DNA of 64,000 nucleotides from positions 14,510,001-14,574,000 of the forward strand of contig CM075990.1 in assembly GCA_038087875.1 (NCBI GenBank), given 5' to 3'. This document shows positions 25,167 to 36,796 of the stretch, in pieces (within the stretch, counting starts at the first letter, position 1; the number at the start of each line of letters is the position of its first letter). This DNA comes from Malacoraja senta (taxonomy: Eukaryota). The notes beneath the pieces were generated by a model, which saw only the letters and a list, made by a program, of their open reading frames with translations, searched no databases and was not told the origin of the DNA. The translations under genes were made by a program, and so were the position numbers.

Positions 25167-25660
25167 TTTAGAGTTTAAAGCCCTTCTGCCCACCGATTCC
25201 ACGCCGAACAGTGATCACCCGTTCACATTAGTTTTATGCTTTCCCACTTTCACATCTGCTCGCTACACATTAGGGGGAATTTACAGAGACCAATTAACCT
25301 ATGATCACTCTATGACCGTGTGGGTTTCCCCCGAGATCTTCGGTTTCCTCCCACACTCCTGAGACGTACAGGTTTGTATGTTAATAGGCTTTGGTATAAG
25401 TGTAACTTGGCCCTAGTCTGTGTAGGATAGTGTTAGTGTGCGGGGATCACTGGTTGGTGTGGAATTGGTGGGCCGTAGGGCCTCTAAATTAAACTAAACT
25501 AAACTAAACTAAAAAACAATCATGTCTTTGGAAGGAGGGCGGAATCTGGAGCATACATAGGAAACCCAGGCGGGGTCACAGGGACAATGTGCAAACTCCA
25601 CACAGACATCGCCCAAGGTCAGGATCGAACATGGGTCTCCAGTGCAGTGAGGCAGCACAT
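25167..25660. mobile_element. Cluster of partial V-SINEs in both orientations
   Basis: Minus partial about 25167-25305, plus partial about 25312-25512 with (ctaaa)n tail, minus partial about 25525-25660. Confidence 0.75.
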
Positions 25661-25837
25661 CCAGGTTTAAGTTTATTATTGTCATATGTGCAGAGGTACA
25701 GCGATAAACTGTTTTGCATGCTATCAAAACAGTTAAGATATACCATACATGTATATAATCAAGACAATCTCAAGTACAATAGGTAGAGCAAATGAGAAAT
25801 ACAGTGCAGAGTATAGCTCTCAGCATTGTAGTACATT

Positions 25838-26134
25838 GGGCGGCACAGTGGCACAGCAGTAGAGTTGCTGCCTTACAGAGCCAGAGATCCGGATTCGATC
25901 CTGAGTACGGGTGCTGTCTGTATGGAGTTTGTACATTCTCCCCGTGACCTGCGTGGGTTTTCTCTGGGAGCTCCGGTTTCCTCCCACTCTCCATATATGT
26001 ACAGATTTGTAGGTTAATTGGCTTGGTAAAATTGTAAATGGTCCCTAGTGTGTGAAGGATAGTATTAATGTGCGGCGTGGATTCGGTGGGCAAAAGACTT
26101 ATTTCTGCGCTGTATCTCTAAACTAAATTAAACA
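25838..26134 (+). mobile_element. Full-length V-SINE (HE1-like)
   Basis: gggcggcacagtggcacagcagtagag head with B-box-like ggattcgatcc, V-domain, tail gtatctctaaactaaa. Confidence 0.9.
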
Positions 26135-26230
26135 TCAGTTTAGACAAAGTCCAATATCCTCAATGGGGAGAGGTGCTACCAGCGGCATCACTATTGGTGT
26201 TGCCCTTCACTTGATTAAATCATCTCTCCT

Positions 26231-26643
26231 TGTGACCACGCCCACTCCCTCAGGTGCCGGTCGGATCCCAATCACCGGCCAGGAGAGGCCAGACCTCAGC
26301 ATCATTGAGCTCCATGAGTAGCACCTGTGTCCAATTAGTTAACAATGGATTGGCCCACCTGAACCTCATCACCCTGCCCCTTATAAACCCAGGTGTTCCA
26401 GCCAGATGAGAGGTGTGCAGAAGTGAACAAGGAGGAGAAAAATTGCTGAGTTACCTCCTTTGAGGCCAAGACTGAGCTCACCAGTGTTCCTCACAAGCGC
26501 ACTGATGATCAGGGATGTGGACCTAGACCTTCTTGTCACCATAAATAAACCATCTCACGTGAGTTCACCCCACTGCCAGTGTCGGTGTAGGCATTGTCGG
26601 CCTGGCATCATCTCTGATGCCACCTCCTTTATTATGTGTGACA
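26231..26643 (+). mobile_element. Probable solo LTR
   Basis: TGTG...GACA termini, TATA-like ttataaa at about 26381, AATAAA at about 26544. TSD imperfect. Confidence 0.5.
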
Positions 26644-27036
26644 CCTTCTTGTCTTTGCTTGTCCACTGAGAAATGTCCTTACTTGTTCCTTTCCATGGGC
26701 TAGTTCTGAGCATTGGGCAGCAGGAGGGAATCCATGAATGATGTCAACATCTCTGCAGTCAATCCGATAGCGAATGTCCTTTGAACATAATCAGGCTCCT
26801 AATCATACCCAAAAAAAACCAATCTTCAAATATTCAGCAGATCTGGCAACATCTGTGGAGGGAGAAACTGAGTTGATATTTATAATACCACCATGGCTCT
26901 AACCTTGATTTGTGTTGGACCATGTTAAAGGCATTGCTGAAGTCCATACACAACAACCCTTCTACATTTACTTGGTATATCTTCCATTCACTGCAGGCCA
27001 TTTTCTTCTATGAATCCATATGAATAAATCTCTGAA

Positions 27037-27343
27037 TAGAAAACGGGTGCAGGAGTAGGCCATTCAGCCCTTTGAGCCAGCACCGCCATTCAATGTGATC
27101 ATGGCTGATCATCCCCAATCAGTACCCCGTTCCTGCCTTCTCCCCATATCCCCTGACTCTGCTATTTTTAAGAGCTCTATCTAGCTCTCTCTTGAAAGTA
27201 TCCAGAGAACTGGCCTCCACCACCCTCTGAGGCAGAGAATTCCACAAACTCACAACTCAGTGAGGAAAAAGTGTTTCCTCGTCTGTTCTAAATGGCTTAC
27301 CCCTTATTCTTAAACTGTGGCCCCTTGTTCTGGACTCCCCCAA
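27037..27343 (-). mobile_element. CR1/HER1 LINE 3' end
   Basis: Closely similar to 33437-33770. Confidence 0.85.
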
Positions 27344-27387
27344 AGTCCCTTTAAGACTTCTAAAGCTCCTTTTTAATGATCTTCTTC

Positions 27388-27570
27388 AAGACAAAAAGCT
27401 GGAGTAACAGCGGGACAGGCAGCATCTCTGGAGAGAAGGAATGGGTGACATTTCGGGTCGAGACCCTTTTTCAGAAGGGTTAGGGATAAGGGAAACGAGA
27501 GATATCGATGATAATGTGGAGAAATAAAGAACAATAAATAAATGTTATGCAAAATAGTAATAATACCTCC
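27388..27570 (-). mobile_element. PLE terminal repeat and 3' region
   Basis: agctggagtaacagcgggacaggcagc...tcgagaccctttttcag, then a purine-rich tract. Confidence 0.75.
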
Positions 27571-27963
27571 AATAACTTCAACCATACACCCTCCTGAAAT
27601 CCCTCTATTATGGTCTGGATACCGAACATTACTGATTATTGGTTGGTGTATATTTATTTGTTGCTTTATGATGCATTAATGGGCTCTTAAAGCTGCAACA
27701 AGAAAGAATTTTGATGATCGATTCCTGGTTCACTTGACAATGAAATACTCTTGTGTCTCTTGTTCCATACCTTTACAACAAAATCACCATTCCACAAACT
27801 TTCCTCATCACTAGTATCTGTATGCCTCCATGTTATGTCCTCTGGATATTTTCAAAGTGGATCTCCTGTGATGAGGGGCAGAGAGAAAAGAATATCCTGG
27901 ATCCCTGGTCAACTCTGGTCCCATCTGGCTGTCTCTCCTGTGAATGTCCCATTATCATGTTAA

Positions 27964-28601
27964 TCCCCTGTCCCACTTGCGTGTCCTTGGCACGCTAATG
28001 AGGCTCGATGGTCCCGCAAAGGTCACGCGCGATTTCATGCGTACGCACAGCCGTCTGGTGCGCATGATGTCATTTGAAGATGGACACAAAATGCAGGAGT
28101 AACTCGGCGGGACCGGCAGCATCTCTGGAGAGAAGCAATGGGTGATGTTTCGTGTCGAGACTCTTCTTCAGTCTGAAAAATGGTCTTGACCCGAAACGTC
28201 ATCCATTCCTTCTCTCCAGAGATGCTGCCGGACCCGCTGAGTTACTCCTGCATTTTGTGTCTATCTTCAATTTTCTTGGCCCTGCTCTCGGAGTAGAAGT
28301 GGGGGCGGATCTGGACCGCAACTGCCTGCTTCTGCTGCTGTTGGAGGTGAGATGTTGCGTCGCGCCAGGGTCTTGGGCCTGTCCCACTTTGGCCGTCAGT
28401 TACGCGACAGGCCGTTGGCGCGCGAAGATTTCGTTCGCTACAAAAATTTCGGAGCCCCGCGCAATGTCGCGCACAACTCCATACCCCTCCGCGTTTCTCA
28501 GTGGGACCGGCCCCGCGCGGCTACACGATGCCCGTGCGCCTCAATGCGACGACGAGGTCGCGTAATTTGCGTGCCAAGGACACGTAAGTGGGACAGGCCA
28601 T
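27964..28601. mobile_element. Non-autonomous DNA transposon (MITE) containing a PLE palindrome
   Basis: About 30-bp terminal inverted repeats (TIRs) cctgtcccacttgcgtgtccttggcacgc / gcgtgccaaggacacgtaagtgggacagg; TAA/TTA flanks; CpG-rich interior; ~195-bp fold-back PLE at 28074-28270. Confidence 0.8.
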
Positions 28602-29621
28602 TTACTTACAAATCTAATTCCAACACTTGTAGGCTTTGTGTCTCTGTTCATTGCCTTCCAGTCTCTGGCTTCACCTTGAACTGGAAGAGAGGTGGAGGCA
28701 GGACAAAGCCAGGTTTTGATAGGTAGATGGTTGGACTGTATCACCTGGATCCATCTATCGCTATCCAGACTTTGACTTAGCACTCTTCCAGCTTTCTCAA
28801 ACACGCCCCATCCACAATTGGGCTGAAGAAGGCTACAGACATATCACCTATCCATGTTTTCCAGAGATGCTGCCTGACCCACTGAGTTACGCCAGCACTT
28901 TGTATTTTGAATCTATACCTTCATCTGCAATTCCCTGCATCTCTGAGTTCACCTTCACCCTCCACTCCCCTACCTGGCTGCATCTGCCTATTATCCCTCA
29001 CCCCTATCACCTGTCTCCCCCCCTTCCCCTCTCTCTATACCGACTACTTACCTTCTCGGCTCTCAGTCCTGATGCAGGATCTTGATCTTGACCTGAAATG
29101 TTGACAATTCCATTGCCTCAACAGATGCTGTTCGACTCTTTGAAGTCCTTCAGCAGTTTGTTTTTCTTTTGCTCCAAAGCTTACATGTGATGGAATTTGA
29201 TATGCAAGGAAGGTGATAATGTGAGCCATTCATGGGAAGGATGGGCCGATGGAACAAGAAGGGGAAAGGAATCCAGGTACTAAATAGTATTTTCCCTTTT
29301 TCATCACTGACCTCCACACTTGCTCTTGAAGCATCATTGAACCATTTTTTATCTTTCCTCATGATTGTTAATACACTTGAAATATTTTCATAAATGGGCA
29401 GTGCTATGAAAATGGACGTTGCTCTCACAATGTATGATATGCACAGCTGTGGAAATTGTAGGTTGAAGAATGCCGTACTGTTGCTTTGTGTACAAGTATT
29501 CTGCCAATTGGAAAGCCATAAGTCTTCTTCAAGAAATGCCAATTAACTAAAATACCTGGATGCCAGGAACTACAGATGCTGCAATATTGTGCAAAAAAAC
29601 AAAGTGCTGGGAGACGAGTCA

Positions 29622-30033
29622 ACATTCACTGGAATTTAAAAGGATGAAAGGGGATCTAATGGAAACATATAAAATTAATAAGGGATTGGGCAGGCAGGAA
29701 AAATGTTCCCAATGTTGGGGAAGTCCAGAACCAGGGGCCACAGTTTAAGATAAGGGGAAGACCATTTCGGACTGATATGAAGAAAAACCTTTTCACCCAG
29801 AGAGTTGTAAATCTGTGGAATTCTCTGCCACAGACGGCAGTCAAAGCCAATTCACTGGATGTATTCAAGAGAGAGTTGGATATTGCTCTTAGGGCTAACT
29901 GAATGAACGGATATGGGGAGAAAGCAGGAACGGGGTACTGATCCTGGATGATCAGCCATGATCATATTGAATGGCTGTGCTGGTTCGAATGTCCGAATGG
30001 CCTACTTCTCTACCTATGTTCTATGTTTCTATG
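29622..30033 (+). mobile_element. CR1/HER1 LINE 3' end
   Basis: HSLEFKRMKGDLMETYKI relic; tail ctatgttctatgtttctatg. Confidence 0.9.
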
Positions 30034-30626
30034 ACTCAATGTTACCTATCCATGTTATCCAGAGATGCTGCCTGATTATTTTTAACTAAAATATCTTTCC
30101 GATGGAAAAACTTTATACCGATGTTTGCACAAAGCTGTTGATGCATGCAGTGGGATCCTCAGATGTGTAATAAAGCATTCCGCTCTGTCTACGATAACAA
30201 GAAATCGGTCATAGTTGCAAGTGATTAGGGAAATTTTGGCACTATGTCTCCAATAACTGTTCTAAATAAAGCAATGATATTGGCCTTAGTTATATATGGC
30301 AATTGCATTGAAATATCTTTCTTGTGAGTGATAATTTTACTTTTTGTTGAGTGAGATATAAATAGTAGATCCTTAAGGAAGTGCAGGCAGACATTTCTTA
30401 TCGGGAATGCAGTTTTTATGCTAACTGTGCCCATTACTACACATGCTTTTATCGCTATTTTGCAGAGATGTGATGTATATTCAGCACTTAGTTAGCAGTG
30501 AATGCAACCTTTCCAAACACCATTCACCACTGGAGCTTCACTTTTAAAATATTCAGATCATATTGTGGGGGGATTTCTATAACTGTGCTCTGCAAATGTA
30601 TGTCTTTGCAATGTTAGATTGCTGCA

Positions 30627-30915
30627 ACATGGAAACGGGACCTTCACCCCAACTCATCCATGCTGACTAAGATGCCCCATCTAAGCTAGTCCCATTTGGC
30701 CCAAATCCCTCTAAACCTTTCCTATCTGTGTACTTGTCCAAGTGTCTCTTAAATGCTGTTATTTTACCTGCCTCCTCTACCTCCTCTGGCAGCTCGCTCT
30801 ATCTACCCACCACCCTCCGAAAAATTGCCCCTTGGGCTCCTATTAAATCTTTCTCCTCTCACTTTAAACCTATATCCTATAGTTTTTGATTCCCCTACCT
30901 TGGGTAAAAGACTCT
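30627..30915 (-). mobile_element. CR1 LINE 3' end (older)
   Basis: catggaaacggg...cctcctctggcagctcg...tcccctaccttgggtaaaagact. Confidence 0.7.
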
Positions 30916-31117
30916 ATTTTAATGTAGAAAATTGCACATCATTGAATTGATTTAGTTTAATGTCTTGTGGTATCGAGCTACGGTGAAAAGCTTTTGTTTG
31001 CGTGCTTTTCGGTCAAAGAAGCAGCAATGTGATAATATCAGACCTTATTTGTTGCGGAATGAATATTACACAAGACTCTGTGGAGAAAGAACATCCTTGC
31101 AATTCTTCAAAGTAATA

Positions 31118-31565
31118 TCATAGAATTATGCAGCATGGAAACGGGTAAGGTAGTCCCAGTTGCCCCCATTTTATCCATGTTCCATGTGAATCTTTCCTAT
31201 CCAAGTACCTACCAAGTGCCTCTTAAATGTTGTTATTGTAATGGCCTCAACTACCTCTTCCAGTAACTTATTCCATAAACCCTCTGTGTGGAAAATGCTG
31301 CCCCTCCTGTTTCCATTGAATTTTCCCCCTCTTACCTTAAACCTATGTTGTCGGGTTATTTTTCCCCTACCATTGGTAAAAGACACTTTGCATTGACCCT
31401 ATCTATTCCCCTCATGATTTTATACATCTCTACTATAAGATCACCTTTTAGTCTCCTGTGCTCCAAGGAATCGAGTCCTAGCCTGTCCAACCTCTCCCTA
31501 TAGCTCAACCTCTCAAGTCTTGGCAACATCCTCGTGTGAATCTTCTCTGTATTCTATCCAGCTTA
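31118..31565 (-). mobile_element. CR1 LINE 3' end (older)
   Basis: TRQHRFKVRGGKFNGN...LWNKLLEEVVEAITITTFKRHL relic. Confidence 0.75.
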
Positions 31566-31619
31566 GTTATATTAATTCTCTCAATCAATAAATTATTTTT
31601 TTGAGGTGCGTTCAAAGGT

Positions 31620-32150
31620 TCTTTATTATGACAGGCATACAAAGACATTATTTTTTGCATCCTATTCTGTAAAGTGTAGCCATACCTAAATGCAATGTAT
31701 AGAAGTAGTCCATTGAGATGGCATGCAAGTCTCCAGGTTTAGGCACCATTTTCAAAGTCCAGTCTGGTCCGTGCACTTGGTCTTCTGGAATGGCACCCGA
31801 TCCAGGCGAGCCCCAGGCTGCAGCAGGGCCTCCAGCTGTTGCATCAGTCCGAATCGGCCAGCGAACTGTCGTACCTTTCCTTGCCTGGCCACCTTCAGCC
31901 TTTGTGCCCCCGCGGGGGGTGGAGGGGGCTCTCGCAATGGACCTTGAGGGCGCGGAAGCTAAGATCCAGGTTCATTCTCTTACCAGCCCTTGGTCTTGCA
32001 TCTGCTTTCACCGATTCCATGCATTCCCTTCACAGTTCTCGTCCTTGGGGGTTGGTGGGGAGAGAGACGAGCAGGGGTTGTCTGCAGGCCACGGCCTGCT
32101 GCTCCTACCTTCTGATCACGCGACCCTCCGCCCCTGCAGCGAATTGAATG
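31620..32150 (-). mobile_element. GC-rich non-autonomous retroelement with Rex-type tail
   Basis: Tail (plus strand ctttattatgaca) shared with other elements in the window; GC-rich body without coding signal. Confidence 0.45.
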
Positions 32151-32954
32151 GCATGTTGAAAAAAAGGAGGTTCCTGACCTGAAATGTCACCCATCCCTTT
32201 TCCCCAGAGATGCTGCCTCACCCAGTTAGTTATTCCAGCACTTTGAGTCTATCTTGGGCAATATCGATGCATCTTCTCACTGGAGTATCGACAGGCATCC
32301 ATATGCCAGTTGGTTGATCAGCTGAGTCAATACAACTAATGGCCCACAACAAATGGTCAGGGGTGACATTGCTGCCCTTTCCACTGGCTTGTTCTGCCCT
32401 CTAGCCTACATGCACTACTGAAATTTTATGAAACAAATTGTCTCCGTCTTTTTCCAGTGAACTCCCGGGAGTTTGGTTTGTCTTTATAAACTGCTAAAAC
32501 CAAAATACTTGGCAATAAACCTGAAAATACAGCTTCAAAATATGCTCTAAAACAATCTGCTGGTGCTATGATTTCACATTAATGTCGTCTTGAAGCTGTT
32601 CCATTTAGTTTTTACATGTAATTGTTTCCAACTTTGTGCTTGTGCCTGTGATGCAACCTATTAGGCAAGAATAGATGCAATAAACACATCAGCAGGTGGT
32701 GGGAAGTAATGAGTTATGCAACACATACGTTGCATGAACATGTACTGTGGCTCGGGTGCCAGCTGCTTCCTATTGCAATGGCTGGAAACCATCGATTGAA
32801 AGATGGAGATGGATTTGCACCTTGGGACATGCATTGCACTGAGTATAGTTGAGATCAAAATAATAATGCCATCAAGCAGGGACTTCTGTAAATAGTTTTG
32901 GGGGAAAAAGGGAAACTGAGGTCTGGAAACGTGCTTGTGCACTTGGGGGTTTAG

Positions 32955-33438
32955 TGACGTGATAATGTAATTATGCTCCTAGAGCTAACCCTCTTAGTCT
33001 AGTTCAATAAAACACAGACTCAAGCACTGGACCATTAAATCTTTTATTTTATGAAACGATGACGAATTCCATATACGATACCTAGCGGGATCGATTCTTG
33101 TCTCTGCTTGTCCAATCCCTTCAGCCTCGTGCAAGAAGATACTTCCAAAAGGTTACGCAGTCCCAAGCGCTGCTCCAGAAGATCAACAACGAACCTCGTG
33201 GGGGTTACCTTTTATAGGTCATCGAACCCTGTGGGGCAGATCTACATGGGGGTGGTACCCCCACAAACCAATCACAGATATCGTATACATTAAAGTGTTA
33301 TTGACAGTTCCCCAACCCAATTACAAAGCACCCCATTACAATGTTTCTCCAGAAGCTTCTGGAAAGAAGTCAGTTGACCCAAATAATGCAACATTCTCCT
33401 GGGGAGTCTAAACAATTCAAACAAGGCTTCACACGTCA
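32955..33438 (-). mobile_element. Probable solo LTR (ERV or Gypsy-like)
   Basis: Terminal inverted 7-mer TGACGTG...CACGTCA; on the minus strand a TATA box ctataaaagg (about 33208-33217) precedes AATAAA (about 33043-33048). Confidence 0.5.
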
Positions 33439-34050
33439 TAGAAACATAGACATAGAAACATGGAAAATAGGTGCAGGAGGAGGCCATTCGGCCCTTCGAG
33501 CCAGCACCGCCATTCATTGCGATCATGGCTGATCGTCCCCAATCAATAACCCGTGCCTGCCATCTCCCCATATCCCTTGATTCCACTAGCCCCTAGAACT
33601 CTATCTAACTCTCTCTTAAATCCATCCCGTGATTTGGCCTCCACTGCCCTCTGTGGCAGGGAATTCCACTAATTCACAACTCTCTGGGTGAAAAAGTTTT
33701 TTCTCACCTCGGTCTTAAATGGCCTCCCCTTTATTCTAAGACTGTGGCCCCTGGTTCTGGACTCGCCCAACACTGGGAACATTTTTCCTGCATCTAGCTT
33801 GTCCAGTCCTTTTATAAGTTTCTGTAAGATTCCCCTCATCCTTCTAAACTCCTGTGAATACAAGCCTAGTCTTTTCAATCTTTCCTCATATGACAGTCCC
33901 ACCATCCCAGGGAACAATCTCGTGAACCTATGCTCCACTGCCGCAATCACAAGGATGTCCTTCCTCAAATTAGGAGACCAAAACTGTACACAATACTCCA
34001 GATGTGGTCTCACCAGAGCCCTATACAACTGCATAAGAACCTCTGTACTC
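33437..34050 (-). mobile_element. CR1/HER1 LINE, 5'-truncated, ORF2 C-terminal relic
   Basis: LYRALVRPHLEYCVQFWSP...LSYEERLKRLGLYS...RTRGHSLRIKGRPFKTEVRKNFFTQRVVN; (ctatgttt)n tail. Confidence 0.95.
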
Positions 34051-34774
34051 CAGCCAATCATCAAACAGTAACACAAACATCTTGCAACATTATGAACAGT
34101 ATTTACAATCCTTCTGCAGCCAGCCTATCATGCTTAAGCACTTGCAACACCTTTGGGTTTCTCTGTAAAGTACTCATACATTTTAACAATAGAGAGGACA
34201 TCTGGACCTCACCTTATCTGATAGTCCAATCTAGAACCCAGACTAGCTGGTGCCAATTTGCAGCTTTCAGCTTTGCACAGAAATTGACCAAACAGGGTTT
34301 GCAGATGCAATGGTCCTCCATTTTATATATCTATATTTTGGTCAATATTAACAATAATCGGTCAAAAGCGACCAGAGTTAAGGTTGATTAGAAATTCCCA
34401 GCTAAAGGATAAGCTCATTCCGTCAATTGCCGTGCCAGTGCAGAGAGCACAATGGGGAAATGGGCACATCTGGGACGTGATCTAAGTCAATGGCACTGGT
34501 TGAGAAGCATGGATTAGATTGGAAAGAGGTGGAGTGATGTTCAATTGGCAGTATTCATTAAGTACCTGTTGTATTGGGAATCGATGATTAGTGGCAGCTA
34601 ATGAATTAGGAGCCTGTGTGACAGGTGCGTTATTTGTAGATCGGTATATAATTGAGGTGTGTGGGGTCAGGATTTAAGTGGGAGGAGGTAAATGCGTGAG
34701 CTGAGTGGTGGTATGCAGGTAAGTAAATGTTACAGGGACATACACAAGGTGGGTTCTGGTAGCAAGTTAGATAG

Positions 34775-35172
34775 ACGGATCCAAGATGGCGTCGCGTGCA
34801 CAACGCGAGGCTCTGCGTCTCCGTAGTTTTTGTAATTTAGTTATTTTTCTGTTAATAATTACCTTAGTTTTCGCCCGGAGCACCCGAGCGAAGACTCTAT
34901 ACGGCCGTCAGGAGCTATTAGAGCTCGGCCGTCTCTGCGTAACGAGCCCCAGAAGCGACTTTCAACTACCGTCGCATTGCTGAACTCGGAGTCCCGCCGA
35001 TAGATTCCTCCGGTCCCTCCGTCCCCATTGTTAATTATTCTGTATTTTTGATTATTCTGTATCCTCTTTTAAAAAACAATTCTATATTGCACTACTACTA
35101 CGGACTGACGCAAAACTGCTTTTCGTTGTACCCATACTCAGTATTTGTGCAATGACATTAAAGTTGAATTGA
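34775..35172 (+). mobile_element. Internally deleted Rex1-like non-autonomous element
   Basis: 5' YY1-type CAAGATGGCG (34782-34791), ORF start relic YGRQELLELG, joined to the 3' tail caatgacattaaagttgaattgaa. Confidence 0.6.
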
Positions 35173-36597
35173 AAAAAAAAATTTGAAATACCTGGTCAGC
35201 CTTTGCATTATACACAGCACAGCCAGTAGTGTTGTGAATATTTGGTTGAGCTGAGAATGTCAATGACAGGTGGGAACTAATTGGTCTCACTTTGGATGGT
35301 GTGGTGTTGACTGACATGTAGTTCTGGTGCATGGACAGAGGAATCCACTGAACACCCAGCTGTAATCCAGGAGTGTGGTGCTCATTGGGTTGACCTTCTG
35401 CTCTAGATAATATACATTTTCATTCAATTTCTGCATGAAGATCTTTTCTTCAACAACAGTTAACAAATGATATGAAAACTTATGTCAATTATCAAAAACC
35501 CCATCAAATCATAACTCTTAACCAATAATAGGAAGTAAAATACTCCGTGTGGTCATTCATTCATCATAGTTTGATTTTATCTTTAATAAAAAAAAAAAAA
35601 ATGTTGAATGGTTGATAGTGCAAAGATCAATTGCTTGTCCATTAGGATTATGACCCAAACAATTGTGTTGATTTCTACATTCAAATTTAAATTGGTCCTT
35701 TTAATTCACCGGCTATGATTTGTGTAACATCACGTGTTCTATCAATAGAATGTAAACAAACTTCATCGAAATCAGAAGTTTTCAGATTTTATTCACTGAA
35801 GTTCAGAATGAGGATTTGGTGTTGGTTTATAATCGTCATATTATACTGCGATTATAGTGAAAAGCGTTGTCTTTTACACAAGTACAATTGATGTATTTTT
35901 GGATCTTCTAACCTGAAGTGAAAGCCAATACCAGTATTTACCTGCGCATCCCAGTGGGATTATTAGTTTTCAGTGTATTCCCTGACCAAAACCCAGTGAT
36001 TGCAGCAGTCTCTCTTCTGGGAATTCCCTCCTCATGAATTGCACCAAGGAGTCGATGACTTTGAAATGCTTCCCAGTCGTGGGAGCAAAGTGTTGACCAG
36101 CAATGGAGAATGGAAGAATACCACCATAGATGACACAATTATGATGGCCGAGTCCCCTATACTAAGATGTAATATAAAGTTTCCTAAGTTTAATCACTCC
36201 AAGGTGCTTTCCAATGAAACGCCCAATACACTTGTGTCTTGGAAGATATTAACTGCCTTGTTAATATGTTTGTAACTTGTATCCCTATAAGAGCTTCAAC
36301 AACTTTAAGAAACAATCTTGGCACAACAAGGCATTGAATAGAGTCTGTGCTTCCTCGTACACATTGAGATTTTAAAGAAGTTTTTTTGCAAGTGTTGGCT
36401 GCCAATGTTGTAACAAAGGAGTTGTGTATCTAAGATCCAAATGAAGTAGGTAAGCAATTGGCTACTTTGCATTGCCTTTCAGTCTTGTGATTGGCCAAAG
36501 AGTGCTAAGAGGAAAGGAATCAGTTGTTGATCATAGAAGGAAGATTAAAGTTGCAGAGCTGCAGATGATAAGGGAAGGAGAACAAGTTCATGAGATT

Positions 36598-36796
36598 TGT
36601 TTAAGAAGGAACTGCAGATGCTGGAAAATGGAATGTAGACAAAAATGCTGGAGAAACTCAGCGGGTGAGGCAGCATCTAATGAGCGAAGGAAATAGGCAA
36701 CGTTTCGGGTCGAAACCCTTCGGCCCGAAACGTTGCCTATTTCCTTCGCTCCATAGATGCTGCCTCACCCGCTGAGTTTCTCCAGCATTTTTGTCT
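36598..36796. mobile_element. Young fold-back PLE insertion with 14-bp TSD
   Basis: TSD AAGTTCATGAGATT at 36584-36597 and 36797-36810; ~79-bp inverted arms with 3 mismatches around a 4-nt loop. Confidence 0.9.

Noticed and set aside
25838..25915. tRNA gene
   Set aside because: This is the tRNA-derived head of a SINE; it continues into the V-domain and LINE tail and has no complete cloverleaf.
31718..32182. 154-aa ORF
   Set aside because: Lies antisense within a GC-rich repeat and runs into a PLE fragment.
33669..34076. 135-aa ORF as a host gene
   Set aside because: It is a truncated CR1 ORF2 C-terminus with a deletion and a premature stop.
35938..36275. Possible exon (minus-strand CAG/GTAAAT donor near 35940) and ORFs
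   Set aside because: No recognisable protein in any frame and no convincing acceptor.
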